Position numbers and translations under genes: made by a program
Assembly: GCA_037130865.1 (NCBI GenBank)
Contig: JBAXSG010000002.1
Location: 8,066-72,065 of the forward strand
Reading direction: 5' to 3'
From: Candidatus Tayloriibacteriota bacterium
GTDB lineage: Bacteria; Patescibacteriota; Minisyncoccia; Phycocordibacterales; PALSA-1337
Length of the DNA: 64,000 nucleotides
Part shown: one piece after another, positions 1 through 10,430 of the stretch
Numbering within the stretch: position 1 is the stretch's first letter
Layout: each line of letters begins with the position of its first letter
The notes under the pieces: generated by a model
Told to the model about the DNA's origin: nothing
Databases searched by the model: none
The model's input: the letters and a program-made list of their open reading frames with translations, nothing else

Positions 1-796
1 CTAACATCTTGCCTATATTTTTCTTGTGTTTATCAAGCTCGGCGAATGCGTTGTCAATCTCAGATTTCTTCCAATTTAATTTTTGTGCACCTGGCTCTGA
101 TAATGAGTTCGATAAAATGGAATCTATAAACCTCTTCGTCTTTCCCCACCCACCTTCACCCCACGAATTCCTCTCAAATGTCTCGAGTGCCTTCATTCTC
201 TCTTTCTCATCCTTAATAGTGAGGACTTTCATGTATTCATCCTCATTTATATTCCTTTCTTTGCACATCTCCTTAACAGAATCATCCAATTTCTTGAAAT
301 CACCCTTTTTGAATTCTTGCATCTTCTCTATCTTCTTCGCTAGTTTATTGAAACGATCCGGATCAGTCATAGCCAATTCTCCTAATCGATCTTGAACAAC
401 ATCCGTTAGTTTGTCAGGATCGATATGTTCCAATAATTTCTTGAAACTAGGATCATGCTCACCAAGCTCGGCTACCATATCCGGTGTAATCTCTTCTTTT
501 ATATTCTCTACCTTTTGCATCTTCTTATCGAAAATCTCTCTGTATTTGGATAAGACATCAATATCAGCTTCGTTGGGTTCTCCTTTCTTCAGACGAGCCA
601 TAATCTTTTCACTATCTGGACCTACTTCATAATCTAACATCTTACCAAGCAAATCGCTCTTCTCTTTATCCGCTATGATCTCCGCTGTGGTAAGCGGTTC
701 ACGATCTTCCTCTGGTTCACCAGCTTCTTGACGCCTCTTCTTTTCCTCTTCAGCTTTTATTTTTTCCTGTTCTTGCTTATATACTTCGATTGCCAT
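1..796 (-). CDS. Hypothetical charged, probably helical protein (5' part; runs off the left edge)
   Basis: ATG at 796-794 gives MAIEVYKQEQEKIKAEEEKKRRQEAGEPEEDREPL..., Glu/Lys-rich, and the frame appears open to the window edge. It is absent from the ORF track because no stop lies in the window. Confidence 0.75.
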   Translation of the reverse strand, partial: MAIEVYKQEQEKIKAEEEKKRRQEAGEPEEDREPLTTAEIIADKEKSDLLGKMLDYEVGPDSEKIMARLKKGEPNEADIDVLSKYREIFDKKMQKVENIKEEITPDMVAELGEHDPSFKKLLEHIDPDKLTDVVQDRLGELAMTDPDRFNKLAKKIEKMQEFKKGDFKKLDDSVKEMCKERNINEDEYMKVLTIKDEKERMKALETFERNSWGEGGWGKTKRFIDSILSNSLSEPGAQKLNWKKSEIDNAFAELDKHKKNIGKML

Positions 797-914
797 GGTA
801 TTTATTGCTATTTATAAGATTAGTAATAACTATGCCCAAAGTCTACCACGACGAATATGGGGTGTAAATCGCATGACTATTGTGAAAAATGGTCGGCTTG
901 ATATAATGGTCGCA

Positions 915-1589
915 ATGAAAATCCTCATCGTAGAAGATGACAAGGAAATCGTTCGCGTAGTGCGAGACGGTTTGTCGTCTGACTCGCACATTATCGAAAT
1001 TGCTGAAGATGGAAATGATGGCGCTTTCTTGGCTAGAAGCTATGAATATGATCTCATTATCCTCGACAATTCCCTGCCGAAGAAAAGTGGCTTGATACTT
1101 TGCAAGGAAATCCGCACTAGTGGAAAATCTGTACCAATAATATTCCTCTCAGTAAATAGTGATACGGAGACTAAGGTCGCAGCACTTGAGAGTGGTGCAG
1201 ATGATTATATGACGAAACCATTTTCTATGTCTGAATTGCGCGCCAGGATAAAAGCTGTGGCTCGCAGACCAAAGATGGTGTCCACGTATAACCTGTTAAA
1301 TATCGGTGACTTGGCGCTGAATGTTGATAAGCAGATTGTGACACGGTCTGACAAAGTAGTGGCACTGACGAAAAAAGAATTTAATGTCTTGGAATACATA
1401 GTAAGAAATGCTGGAACTATAGTATCTCGTAGTTCAATCATGGAACATGTATGGACTGCCGACAGTGATCCCTTCTCAAATACAGTTGAGGCACATATCC
1501 GCAATATAAGAAGAAAAATCAATATTGGCAGCAAAAAACCGGACATGATAAGAAATCTCCCAGGTAGAGGTTATATCATCGAGGCATAA
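915..1589 (+). CDS. OmpR/PhoB-family response regulator (no kinase in window)
   Basis: MKILIVEDD receiver, LIILD phosphoacceptor, GADDYMTKPF, C-terminal wHTH (NTVEAHIRNIRRK...GRGY). Start moved to ATG 915, 7 nt after TATAAT. Confidence 0.93.
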   Translation: MKILIVEDDKEIVRVVRDGLSSDSHIIEIAEDGNDGAFLARSYEYDLIILDNSLPKKSGLILCKEIRTSGKSVPIIFLSVNSDTETKVAALESGADDYMTKPFSMSELRARIKAVARRPKMVSTYNLLNIGDLALNVDKQIVTRSDKVVALTKKEFNVLEYIVRNAGTIVSRSSIMEHVWTADSDPFSNTVEAHIRNIRRKINIGSKKPDMIRNLPGRGYIIEA

Positions 1590-1617
1590 TCCCGCCTATA
1601 GCCTATAGCTTTCTGCT

Positions 1618-1672
1618 GGTCTTCATGGCTTTTTGAGAACTTTTTGAGCGTTTCTTCATAACTTTTTGAGTG
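1618..1672. repeat. Five imperfect direct repeats at an 11-bp period (CTTTTTGAG / xxTCTTCAT)
   Basis: CTTTTTGAG at 1629, 1640 and 1662; related GGTCTTCAT at 1618 and TTTCTTCAT at 1651. Confidence 0.6.
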
Positions 1673-1886
1673 AAATTTTACCTCGGCGACATAGACTTAT
1701 AGAGGTTACATGTCGATGTAGCCCTTATAAAATAGTTTTGATGCGTGGCATCATCTTCCCAATAAAATCAACCAGATAAACCGACATAGATCTGGACATA
1801 AAAACAGCCAATAAAATCACATAGGCGGGCTTATGAAGTATAAGCATTACTTAAGAACAAAATAGCGCGTCACAGGCAAGTGCGTG

Positions 1887-2660
1887 CTATTTTGTCTTCT
1901 TATGATCGTCCTGCACATCGCGGGCTGCTTTGCGATACGCACAATAATCACAAGCCTTCGCCGGCTTGGGAGTCGTATTCGACATGAGACATTCTTTCAT
2001 ATTCACGAGCGCCTTCTCTACCCAAGAATCATCGCCAGTATACGGTATTAAGTCTATATCAAATTCCAATTTTGCGTCGAAGGCGGCGCGGTCGGTTTTG
2101 CCGTTGCAGTATACAAAATACCCAGTCTTGGAGACATTAAAACCATTTTGTCGGAAGAGCCACTGATATACTTCCATCTGGCGCTTATAACCAATCTGCC
2201 ATTCCTTATCCAAAGTTACTTTCTCCTCTTTGCTAGTCGACTTATAGTCAACGATTATGACTTCGCCTTTTTCATTGATCCAGATATCATCGATCGCACC
2301 AGTCACCAGCAGATTCGTATCTGGATGTATATATGTGATGCCTTTGAAATTACTCCTCCAGATATCCATATTTTCATGAGCATAAGGTATAACACCATTG
2401 AGACCATAAGCTTGCATCAATGGATGTGGTCGCTTCTTTGCACGATGAATATCGAACTCTTTTTTCAGCAAAGCATCGACTGCGGAGTTCAGCGCAAAAG
2501 GAAATCCTGGCGGTCTAGCTGTACCAAGTCGACAATCTAAATAGAAACAAAGCGGACAATTCATGAACAAATCTATCTTTGTGCGACTAGCACGAAAAGG
2601 TTCTTTCGATTTCGGATCAAATAACCTACTAGTTCTGCGCGGATTATAGAAGTCTGACAT
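1887..2660 (-). CDS. PD-(D/E)XK nuclease family protein (AddB/Cas4-like fold)
   Basis: GAIDD...IVDYKS catalytic motif, QMEVYQW, Cys motifs CPLC and CDYC. Confidence 0.85.
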   Translation of the reverse strand: MSDFYNPRRTSRLFDPKSKEPFRASRTKIDLFMNCPLCFYLDCRLGTARPPGFPFALNSAVDALLKKEFDIHRAKKRPHPLMQAYGLNGVIPYAHENMDIWRSNFKGITYIHPDTNLLVTGAIDDIWINEKGEVIIVDYKSTSKEEKVTLDKEWQIGYKRQMEVYQWLFRQNGFNVSKTGYFVYCNGKTDRAAFDAKLEFDIDLIPYTGDDSWVEKALVNMKECLMSNTTPKPAKACDYCAYRKAARDVQDDHKKTK

Positions 2661-2675
2661 GTCTAAATGATAACA

Positions 2676-3329
2676 CTAATTTGTGCTGCTTGTTGCCACA
2701 GTCACGCTTTCCATAACCATCTTTGTGAGTGGCTTATCTCCATCGTCTCGTGGAGTTGTAGCGATAGCATCGACAACATCAAGACCTGAAATCACTTTGC
2801 CAAATATTGTGTAGTTGTGAGGAAGCGCAACATCTTTGTGCATTATGAAGAATTGGCTACCGTTCGTATTTGGTCCAGAATTTGCCATAGCAACAACACC
2901 ACGGACATAGCCAGCTTTTGCTGAAGGAGTATTTGGATCGAGTTCATCTGCGAATTTATATCCAGGACCGCCCATACCTGTACCAGTAGGATCTCCACCT
3001 TGGATCATGAATCCCTCGATGACACGATGAAATATAAGACCATTATAGAAACCTTTGTTTGCAAGTGTTATGAAATTTGTCGAAGCTTGTGGTGCATCCT
3101 GATCGTAAGTCTCGAAGACTATAGTTCCCTTATTTGTTTTGATAGTGACTGTATGCATAGATTTTGGTTTTGATGTTAATGAAGCGGTCGAAGTCGACAA
3201 GTTATTAATAGAATCGGTGCTATTTACGTCTACTGGCGTCACATTGGATTTCCTGTCTGTGAAATACCACGCTGCACCGATAATGATTATCACGACGATT
3301 ATCAAGCTAATTTGTTTGTATGTACTCAT
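2676..3329 (-). CDS. Membrane-anchored cyclophilin-type peptidyl-prolyl isomerase
   Basis: FHRVIEGFMIQGGDP, AMANSGPNTNGSQFFI; N-terminal TM helix. Confidence 0.95.
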   Translation of the reverse strand: MSTYKQISLIIVVIIIIGAAWYFTDRKSNVTPVDVNSTDSINNLSTSTASLTSKPKSMHTVTIKTNKGTIVFETYDQDAPQASTNFITLANKGFYNGLIFHRVIEGFMIQGGDPTGTGMGGPGYKFADELDPNTPSAKAGYVRGVVAMANSGPNTNGSQFFIMHKDVALPHNYTIFGKVISGLDVVDAIATTPRDDGDKPLTKMVMESVTVATSSTN

Positions 3330-3355
3330 TTGTTTTTTATTTGTAGCATTTGTAT

Positions 3356-4354
3356 TCAGAGATTATACAACTCCTTAGCTTTGCTTACAATAAGTTTCTT
3401 GGCATCTTCGAGCGAAGCGGAAATCGTGGCGCCAGCTGCGGCTTTATGACCGCCACCACCCAGAGCTGTGGCCAAATCCCCTACTGAAAAATTGACTATA
3501 TCTTTTGTACGAAAACTGCATTTGACCTTTCCAGGTGTCTGTTCTACTAGAGACGCAACAATTTTCCATTCGGCGACAGTATTCATCATACTAGAAATAG
3601 ATATTGGACTTCCACCTATACCAGCTACTGTGATCTTCTTTTCGGCAAGCTTAGCATTTGAAACTCCTGATATGGCCAATTTGCCACCAAGGAAAACTTC
3701 TACTGAATCCAAAGCTACTCCACAAAAGGCCAATCCTTCCGGAGTCTCAGAATTTTGCATACCGAGTATCAATGAAGAGAATTCCGGATATATTTTCACT
3801 AAAGAAGCTACAGTTTCATATGTTTTGAGACTTGCATTGCTAAACTTAAATCCACCTGTGTCTGCATATATAGCAATAAACAAGTTAGCCGCCATGTTGG
3901 CTGTTATTTCTACGCCAATCTCATTGAAAAAATCAAATAGAACCTGACCTGTAGCCGATGCATCTGGCACTATCAAGCTCAAATCCGTGAAGCCGGAATT
4001 CGATGGATGATGATCTATGGCTATAGACTTGATTGGTAATGGAAAGACAACCTGCTTGAGTTTGGAGATCTGGTTTGTTGAAGAGACATCCAGGAGTATA
4101 AACAGATCAAAATCTTTCAGATCGACTTCACAGAAATTCTTAGCGACAATATCTTTTGCACCAGGAAAATGCATAAATCCTTGAGGAATTTCCGAATCCC
4201 CTTTTATGACGGTGACTCTTTTACCAAGACTTTCCAGAGCGAATTTCATAGCTAGATTTGAGCCGACGCTATCTGGATCAGGTGATGGGTGGCAACACAA
4301 CAAAATAGAATTAGCTTTTTTTATCTCTGACAATATAATATCTGATATTTTCAT
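3356..4354 (-). CDS. nrnA: DHH/DHHA1 phosphoesterase (NrnA-like)
   Basis: HPSPDPDSVGS, IDHH, DTGGF, GGGGHKAAAG motifs; start moved to MKISD. Confidence 0.88.
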   Translation of the reverse strand: MKISDIILSEIKKANSILLCCHPSPDPDSVGSNLAMKFALESLGKRVTVIKGDSEIPQGFMHFPGAKDIVAKNFCEVDLKDFDLFILLDVSSTNQISKLKQVVFPLPIKSIAIDHHPSNSGFTDLSLIVPDASATGQVLFDFFNEIGVEITANMAANLFIAIYADTGGFKFSNASLKTYETVASLVKIYPEFSSLILGMQNSETPEGLAFCGVALDSVEVFLGGKLAISGVSNAKLAEKKITVAGIGGSPISISSMMNTVAEWKIVASLVEQTPGKVKCSFRTKDIVNFSVGDLATALGGGGHKAAAGATISASLEDAKKLIVSKAKELYNL

Positions 4355-4422
4355 GGCTATACTATGGCACAATATGCACTGATTTTCCATATCAGATATA
4401 CATAAATGCTATGATGTACTGT

Positions 4423-5034
4423 ATGCAATCAAATACAGATGAGGAATTAGTCGATCTTGTAAAAGATGGCGATCATGAGGCCTTTGGAATTTTGACAAGA
4501 AGACATGTCGATCATATATATAACTTCATCCGCCAATACACAACTTCATCTTCCTCACAAAAGGAAGACACTGACGACATTACTCAGGAGACTTTCCTCA
4601 AGGCATGGAAACATATAGGAGGATTCAAAAAGGGTAAAAAATTCACAACCTGGCTTTTTACTATAGCCAGAAACTCTGCCCTCGATCATATAAAAAAGCG
4701 CAGAGCATTCTCTTTCTCAGATATGGACTCCTTCGGTGGAAACGATGACGAAAGTGAAGGTGGCGGTGATGGTAGATTTGCTGAGACATTGAAAGATCCC
4801 GAACCATTATCACCAGAAATATTTGAAAGAAAAGAGCTGGCGCTGGAACTGACAAAAGCCATGGATACGCTGCCTCCGGACTGGCGAGCTGTCCTTGTTA
4901 TGCATTATACGGACGATATGACCTTCGAGGAGATCGCTACTGTCATATCAAGGCCGATGAATACTGTGAAGAGTTGGCACCATCGAGCTATACAGAAGAT
5001 AAGAGAAATTCTTACTACGCACCATAATGACTGA
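4423..5034 (+). CDS. ECF RNA polymerase sigma factor
   Basis: DDITQETFLKAW, FTTWLFTIARN (region 2); MTFEEIA...NTVKSWHHRA (region 4). Confidence 0.93.
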   Translation: MQSNTDEELVDLVKDGDHEAFGILTRRHVDHIYNFIRQYTTSSSSQKEDTDDITQETFLKAWKHIGGFKKGKKFTTWLFTIARNSALDHIKKRRAFSFSDMDSFGGNDDESEGGGDGRFAETLKDPEPLSPEIFERKELALELTKAMDTLPPDWRAVLVMHYTDDMTFEEIATVISRPMNTVKSWHHRAIQKIREILTTHHND

Positions 5035-5046
5035 TTGTATCGTATA
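5018..5046 (+). promoter_or_regulatory. Candidate ECF-sigma promoter CGCACCA-N15-TCGTATA
   Basis: Lies just before the operon downstream of the sigma gene; same motif and spacing at 24999-24971 on the minus strand. Confidence 0.55.
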
Positions 5047-5058
5047 AACACTAAGCAA

Positions 5059-5481
5059 ATGCAACCAAATACACATATAGACACCAACTATAAGAGACTC
5101 CTGACAAGCGCAACATCAACAAAAGCGCCTGGTTATATCTCGGTTGGTATAGAGAAAAGTATACACAAAGCCCAAGTCCAGAGAGACATCATAAGAGGTA
5201 TTAGCTATGCTATCGCGACATGTTTAGCTGTTGCGGCATTTGTCCCAGCATTCAAGTCTCTATTAGACGCGATGATAGGATCAGGTTTTACTTCCTACGC
5301 ATCTGTATTGCTAACAGATGGAGGTAACCTCATAGGATCATGGAAAGAGATCGGAATGGTATTAGTAGAGTCATTGCCTATGTTAAGTCTAACTGCGGTG
5401 GTGGCATTGCTCGTTGGTTCGATCTATTCATTCAATAAAAGCTTCTCATACATGAAAGATCTTCGTACATTGCAGATATAG
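5059..5481 (+). CDS. Membrane protein, possible anti-sigma factor
   Basis: Directly after the ECF sigma; short soluble N-terminus and two TM segments. Confidence 0.6.
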   Translation: MQPNTHIDTNYKRLLTSATSTKAPGYISVGIEKSIHKAQVQRDIIRGISYAIATCLAVAAFVPAFKSLLDAMIGSGFTSYASVLLTDGGNLIGSWKEIGMVLVESLPMLSLTAVVALLVGSIYSFNKSFSYMKDLRTLQI

Positions 5482-5524
5482 TATCCAAATATAATTTTAA
5501 TAATAATTTAATAAAAATAAAAAC

Positions 5525-5977
5525 ATGAAAGAAATACTAAAACATCCACATACAAAAAAAGTCATAAATATTTTCGGTGTCATCCTGGTCGCTCTAGTCA
5601 TATTTTCCGCTGGAGTAACTATCGGATTCATCAAGGGTGAATTCTCTGAGAGATGGGATAAGAACTATATGGGAATGATGGGTGGTCCACGATCGCCTTT
5701 TCAAACATTTTCTGATATAGACAACCGAGCACCTTCTCCACATGGTACAGCTGGTCAAGTGATATCCTCGGGCAATGGACAGATAGTTGTTCGAGGACCT
5801 GGTGAAATGGAATATATAGTCATCGTTAGTCCACAAACAATAATCCGTCAATTGCGTCAGCAAGGTACAACTACGGATGTTGTGGTCGGATCATGGATAA
5901 CCGCTATAGGATCACCAGATGAGACTGGTCGATTGGTAGCTTCTTTTATAAGGATCATGCCATCACCACAAAAATAA
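5525..5977 (+). CDS. Single-TM protein with small C-terminal beta domain (DUF5666-like)
   Basis: TM helix, then HGTAGQVISS...GSWITAIGSPDETGRLVASFIRI. Confidence 0.65.
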   Translation: MKEILKHPHTKKVINIFGVILVALVIFSAGVTIGFIKGEFSERWDKNYMGMMGGPRSPFQTFSDIDNRAPSPHGTAGQVISSGNGQIVVRGPGEMEYIVIVSPQTIIRQLRQQGTTTDVVVGSWITAIGSPDETGRLVASFIRIMPSPQK

Positions 5978-5979
5978 AT

Positions 5980-7647
5980 ATGAGTACAAAACTTCTTTCC
6001 AAGATAAGAGAATATGCTCGTGCACACAAACTGATAACGACGATCATTGTACTCGCAGTGATTGGTGGTGGATATTACTGGTACAGATCTATGTCGACCT
6101 CCAGTACTACACCACAATATGTTCTGAGTCCTGTACGCATAGGATCGATTATCCAAACAGTTTCTGGTACTGGCCAAGTATCTGCCTCAAATCAGACAGA
6201 TATACAAAGCCAGGTATCTGGCACAATAGAATCCATAAACGTATCCGTCGGACAAACAGTATCAGCTGGAGATTTGATAGCTACTATAGACTCTACCAAC
6301 GCCAAGATGAATCTAGACAATTCACTTATTTCCTTCGCCAAACTAACCGAACCAGCAAAAGCGGCAGATATATCAAATGCGCAAAATAGCGTCGCAAAAT
6401 CTTACAATGATGGTTTTAATTCTATGTCATCCATATACTTAGACTTACCAGCTATCATGACTGGAATGAAAAGTCTCTTGTATAGCCAGACTGGATTCCT
6501 ATCAGACCAGAACGCCAACAGTCTTTCACCTACAAGTCTCTCCATGCGCAATGAAGCCGGTACAGCGTATGATGCAGCGGCAACACAATATCAGAATAGT
6601 CTGAGTGAATTCCATGGTCTGACAAGAGAAAGTGCGACATCTTCCATAGATTTTGCTCTCACAAATACCTTCAAGACAATTCAAATGGTAGCAAAAGTAG
6701 TAACAGCTGCACAAAACACTATTACATTTGTGGTAAATACCCAACCGGATTATCAATCCAAGAATGCGACTGCAGCTGCGGCCAATGCTAACTCGTGGAC
6801 GAGCCAAGTGAATTCAGATCTATCAGGACTTATGTCCGCTATAAATTCTATACAGAGCTCACAAAATACTTACTCAACTCTTATAAATGGTGCTGATCAA
6901 TATGACATCCAGACTGCAAAGATAGGGCTGGAACAACAACAGAGGACATATGCGAACTATTTCATACGGGCTCCTTATGATGGAATCATTGGTCGCATAC
7001 CTGTAAATGTCTATGGTCAAGCTGGTGGAGGAACTACCATGGCTACCATAGTCGGAACAGATATGATGGCCACAATATCACTCGATGAGGTCAATGCTGC
7101 AAAAGTCAAAGTCGGCCAACCAGCTACTATTACCTTCAATGCTATAAGTGACATAACTGCGACTGGTACAGTAAGTGTAGTTGACCAAATCGGCACTGTA
7201 ACATCTGGAGTGGTGTCTTATGGAGTCAAGATAATAATAAATACCAAAGATAGTCGCATAAAGCCAGGTATGAGTCTGAATACAAATATAACTACATACG
7301 AGAAAGATGGTGTAATAGTAGTTCCATCAGGTGCTGTGAAGACACAGAGTGGTAATAACTATGTACAAGCGTTCGATCAAGCAACCGTAAAACAATACAA
7401 CAATTCCAACACTCAAGGTAGAACCGTGACTATATCCACAAATACTCAACCACTGCAGGTCACTGTAGTAACTGGCGATTCCGACGATACAAATATTGAG
7501 ATTGTCAGTGGTCTAACCAGAGGACAATTTGTAGTGACCAAGACCATAACTTCTGGAAGTGCCGTCTCAAATACAGCAGCTCCAAGTATTCTATCTAGTC
7601 TCACTGGTAATCGCGGTGGAGGTGGTGCAAGGCCTGGCGGAAATTGA
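5980..7647 (+). CDS. Efflux membrane-fusion/adaptor protein (MacA-like) with long helical hairpin
   Basis: N-terminal TM, SQVSGTIESINVSVGQTV and IRAPYDGIIG lipoyl halves, IKPGMS, VPSGAV. Confidence 0.9.
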   Translation: MSTKLLSKIREYARAHKLITTIIVLAVIGGGYYWYRSMSTSSTTPQYVLSPVRIGSIIQTVSGTGQVSASNQTDIQSQVSGTIESINVSVGQTVSAGDLIATIDSTNAKMNLDNSLISFAKLTEPAKAADISNAQNSVAKSYNDGFNSMSSIYLDLPAIMTGMKSLLYSQTGFLSDQNANSLSPTSLSMRNEAGTAYDAAATQYQNSLSEFHGLTRESATSSIDFALTNTFKTIQMVAKVVTAAQNTITFVVNTQPDYQSKNATAAAANANSWTSQVNSDLSGLMSAINSIQSSQNTYSTLINGADQYDIQTAKIGLEQQQRTYANYFIRAPYDGIIGRIPVNVYGQAGGGTTMATIVGTDMMATISLDEVNAAKVKVGQPATITFNAISDITATGTVSVVDQIGTVTSGVVSYGVKIIINTKDSRIKPGMSLNTNITTYEKDGVIVVPSGAVKTQSGNNYVQAFDQATVKQYNNSNTQGRTVTISTNTQPLQVTVVTGDSDDTNIEIVSGLTRGQFVVTKTITSGSAVSNTAAPSILSSLTGNRGGGGARPGGN

Positions 7648-7656
7648 AAAAACTAA

Positions 7657-8373
7657 ATGATTGAAGTAAAAAATATCACAAAGACATATAAAAATGGTGA
7701 TAATGAGACCCATGCTCTTTGCGGCGTCTCGTTCACGATCGACGATGGAGAGTTTGTGGCCATCATGGGTCCTTCAGGATCTGGAAAATCTACACTCATG
7801 CATATTCTTGGGGCTCTAGATACACCAACATCTGGTACATATCACTTGGATAAGCACGATGTTTCAAAACTCTCAGATGACGAACTGGCAGACATACGCC
7901 GCAATCGTATCGGTTTTGTATTCCAGTCATTTAACTTGCTCCCGCGAGCCACGGCTCTACGTAATGTCATGCTTCCTCTTATATATTCCGAAATACCAGA
8001 GAAAGAAAGACTAAAACAGGCTCGAGCTTCCCTTTCTAGTGCTGGATTAGATGAAGATCGATACAACCATAAGTCAAATCAACTCTCTGGTGGACAGATA
8101 CAACGTGTGGCTATTGCACGCGCTCTCGTAAATAATCCGTCACTTATCCTGGCAGACGAACCTACTGGAAACTTAGACTCGCATACAGGAGATATTGTGC
8201 TTGGGACATTTCAACATCTAAACAAAGAGCTCAAGAGAACTATAGTGCTTATAACTCATGAGCGGGAAGTTGCTGAACATGCCGATAGAATTATTTACAT
8301 AAAAGATGGACTTATTGTTGAAGACGGTAGTGGTCATGATAAGAGAATAATAAATCAAGGAAAAAGAAAATAA
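7657..8373 (+). CDS. ABC ATP-binding protein (MacB/LolD type)
   Basis: [34 protein letters not shown]. Confidence 0.95.
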   Translation: MIEVKNITKTYKNGDNETHALCGVSFTIDDGEFVAIMGPSGSGKSTLMHILGALDTPTSGTYHLDKHDVSKLSDDELADIRRNRIGFVFQSFNLLPRATALRNVMLPLIYSEIPEKERLKQARASLSSAGLDEDRYNHKSNQLSGGQIQRVAIARALVNNPSLILADEPTGNLDSHTGDIVLGTFQHLNKELKRTIVLITHEREVAEHADRIIYIKDGLIVEDGSGHDKRIINQGKRK

Positions 8374-9599
8374 TGACTACAAAAGATATATTACATGAAA
8401 CATTTTCAGCACTAACTGCCAACAAAGTGCGCACCTCTCTTACTATGCTTGGAATAATCATAGGTATCAGTTCTGTCATAATAATGGTGGCTATTGGTCA
8501 AGGCGCACAAGGATCTATTCAGGCCAATATTCAATCCCTGGGCTCAAATCTGATAGTCATAATGCCTGGAGCACAAAGATCTCTCGGATATGGAGCATCT
8601 GGAGGACGCGGAAATTCTCAGACTCTCACTCCAGCGGATGCTACAGCAATATCCAGCCAAATAGCCAATATCGCAGAAGTATCTCCGGAAGTTTCTGGAC
8701 GATATCAAGTCACCGCAAAAGGTACTAACACAAATACTACTGTAAATGGGGTCACAGCTGCTTATGCTGGTGTTCACAATATACAAGTCAATGATGGTAA
8801 TTTCATCACCGATGCAGATGGCAAAAATCTCTCCAGAGTCGCTGTCATCGGTCCAACCACTGCCAACGATCTCTTCGCTACTGGTACAGAGCCTGTCGGT
8901 CAGACAATAGCGATAAAGGGAATGCCCTTCACAGTTATCGGTGTGACTGTTTCAAAAGGTTCAAGTGGATTTAGTAATCAAGACGATGCCATTTATATAC
9001 CCCTACAAGATGCGCAGTTATTCTTGCTCGGAAAAACAACTTATCTGAACACATTGAGCATATCAGCGACTTCACCGGATGTTATGACTCAATTACAAAA
9101 TGACATAACTACCCTACTCTTGGAAAGACATGGAATCAGTGATCCTACAGCCGCTGACTTCAATGTTATGAACCAAGCCTCCATAGTCTCCGCAGCATCC
9201 AGCGTCACTAGTACATTTACCATGTTGCTCGCGGCCGTCGCCGGAATATCGCTAGTCGTCGGCGGTATCGGCATCATGAATATGATGCTCACCACAGTCA
9301 CCGAACGCACTCGTGAGATCGGCTTACGCAAAGCTATCGGTGCCAAGCGTCATGATATAAATATACAATTCCTAACAGAAGCTGTGATACTTACCGTCAT
9401 TGGCGGTGCCATAGGAGTTCTACTCGGTTGGAGTGCCGCTTACGCTGTCACCGCGCTCGGCATATTGCAAGCGTCTATTTCCCTCTCCTCGGTATTGCTC
9501 GCCTTCGGAGTTTCGGCAGCCATAGGTATAGTCTTCGGTTATTATCCTGCTCGTCGTGCATCCAGATTGAATCCGATAGAAGCGCTGAGGTATGAGTAA
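8373..9599 (+). CDS. MacB/FtsX-family ABC permease
   Basis: RTSLTMLGIIIGI, GGIGIMNMML..VTERTREIGLRKAIGA, LNPIEALRYE. Confidence 0.95.
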   Translation: MTTKDILHETFSALTANKVRTSLTMLGIIIGISSVIIMVAIGQGAQGSIQANIQSLGSNLIVIMPGAQRSLGYGASGGRGNSQTLTPADATAISSQIANIAEVSPEVSGRYQVTAKGTNTNTTVNGVTAAYAGVHNIQVNDGNFITDADGKNLSRVAVIGPTTANDLFATGTEPVGQTIAIKGMPFTVIGVTVSKGSSGFSNQDDAIYIPLQDAQLFLLGKTTYLNTLSISATSPDVMTQLQNDITTLLLERHGISDPTAADFNVMNQASIVSAASSVTSTFTMLLAAVAGISLVVGGIGIMNMMLTTVTERTREIGLRKAIGAKRHDINIQFLTEAVILTVIGGAIGVLLGWSAAYAVTALGILQASISLSSVLLAFGVSAAIGIVFGYYPARRASRLNPIEALRYE

Positions 9600-9612
9600 A
9601 AACATGCGGCAA

Positions 9613-9641
9613 TTGACTACAACCTCCAAGAGTAGTATGGT
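9613..9641 (+). promoter_or_regulatory. Sigma70-type promoter TTGACT-N17-TATGGT
   Basis: Near-consensus boxes with 17-nt spacing upstream of a hairpin-rich leader. Confidence 0.5.
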
Positions 9642-9766
9642 AAATCCCAGATAGCGAGCTTCCCCTTCACCTATCTGGATCGACGAAAGTTTGTAGAGGC
9701 TGAAACTTCTGCGAATGCCTGAAGCCGTTGGTTCTGAACCGGGGATGGAAGAAAGTAGGAAGAAAG

Positions 9767-10426
9767 ATGAACATTGTAAAACTAGTTAGAATGAGTCGGG
9801 AGGAAAACCCAAATCCGCGGCTTACAAAAATGTCTGTGGACTGGGGAGGTTACTTTAATCCTGTCAGAGGGACTTTGACGCTCTGGCGGATATACAAATT
9901 CACCGCGGTCATTATCGCGCTACTGATTGGTCATTGTATCGTCACCTATGCGTTAAACATGCCATGGGTTATAAGCAAAACCGATGTGAGTTTGTGGGGC
10001 TTTGTTGGGATAACTCTATCAGTAACTCTTTGCGGGCTGATCATTGATATCCTCAAGTCACCAAACTTCCGAGACGGCAGACTATTCATCGATGCTATAT
10101 CAATCCTTGAGAAGGTGGTGGGAAAACCATCGAATCAATTAGGTGAGGCCGACCACTTGGAGGAGAAGGCTCGTGCCTATCTGGCAAATCTGGCTTCTGC
10201 TGTCGACAGTTATGAGGCACTCGAGAAAGATAAGCGGGGATTAAAACCCTGGGAGACCCCGGAAGTGGCAAGAACGGTCATACGCAGACGTAAAGAGTTC
10301 AACTTACACTTCTCCATTCTGACGAGAGCACTGCCGGAAATACCGCAAAGTAAGGGTGAGTATTATCCTGATAAGGCGACCATCAAAAATACCGAAGAAG
10401 TGGTTCGCGCTATGCTCGAAGACTAA
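9767..10426 (+). CDS. Hypothetical 2-TM membrane protein
   Basis: Open 219-aa frame; AGGAAG upstream of ATG 9767; followed by a terminator. Confidence 0.7.
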   Translation: MNIVKLVRMSREENPNPRLTKMSVDWGGYFNPVRGTLTLWRIYKFTAVIIALLIGHCIVTYALNMPWVISKTDVSLWGFVGITLSVTLCGLIIDILKSPNFRDGRLFIDAISILEKVVGKPSNQLGEADHLEEKARAYLANLASAVDSYEALEKDKRGLKPWETPEVARTVIRRRKEFNLHFSILTRALPEIPQSKGEYYPDKATIKNTEEVVRAMLED

Positions 10427-10430
10427 ACCC

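Noticed and set aside
9-632. + strand ORFs 9-395 and 411-632
   Set aside because: Antisense shadows of the Glu/Lys-rich minus-strand gene; the same applies to most short antisense ORFs in the track
1725-1847. 40-aa minus-strand ORF in the intergenic gap
   Set aside because: Short, with no recognisable motif; cannot be supported from sequence alone
1887-2660. Cas4 / CRISPR adaptation gene
   Set aside because: Stand-alone PD-(D/E)XK nuclease with no cas1, cas2 or array nearby
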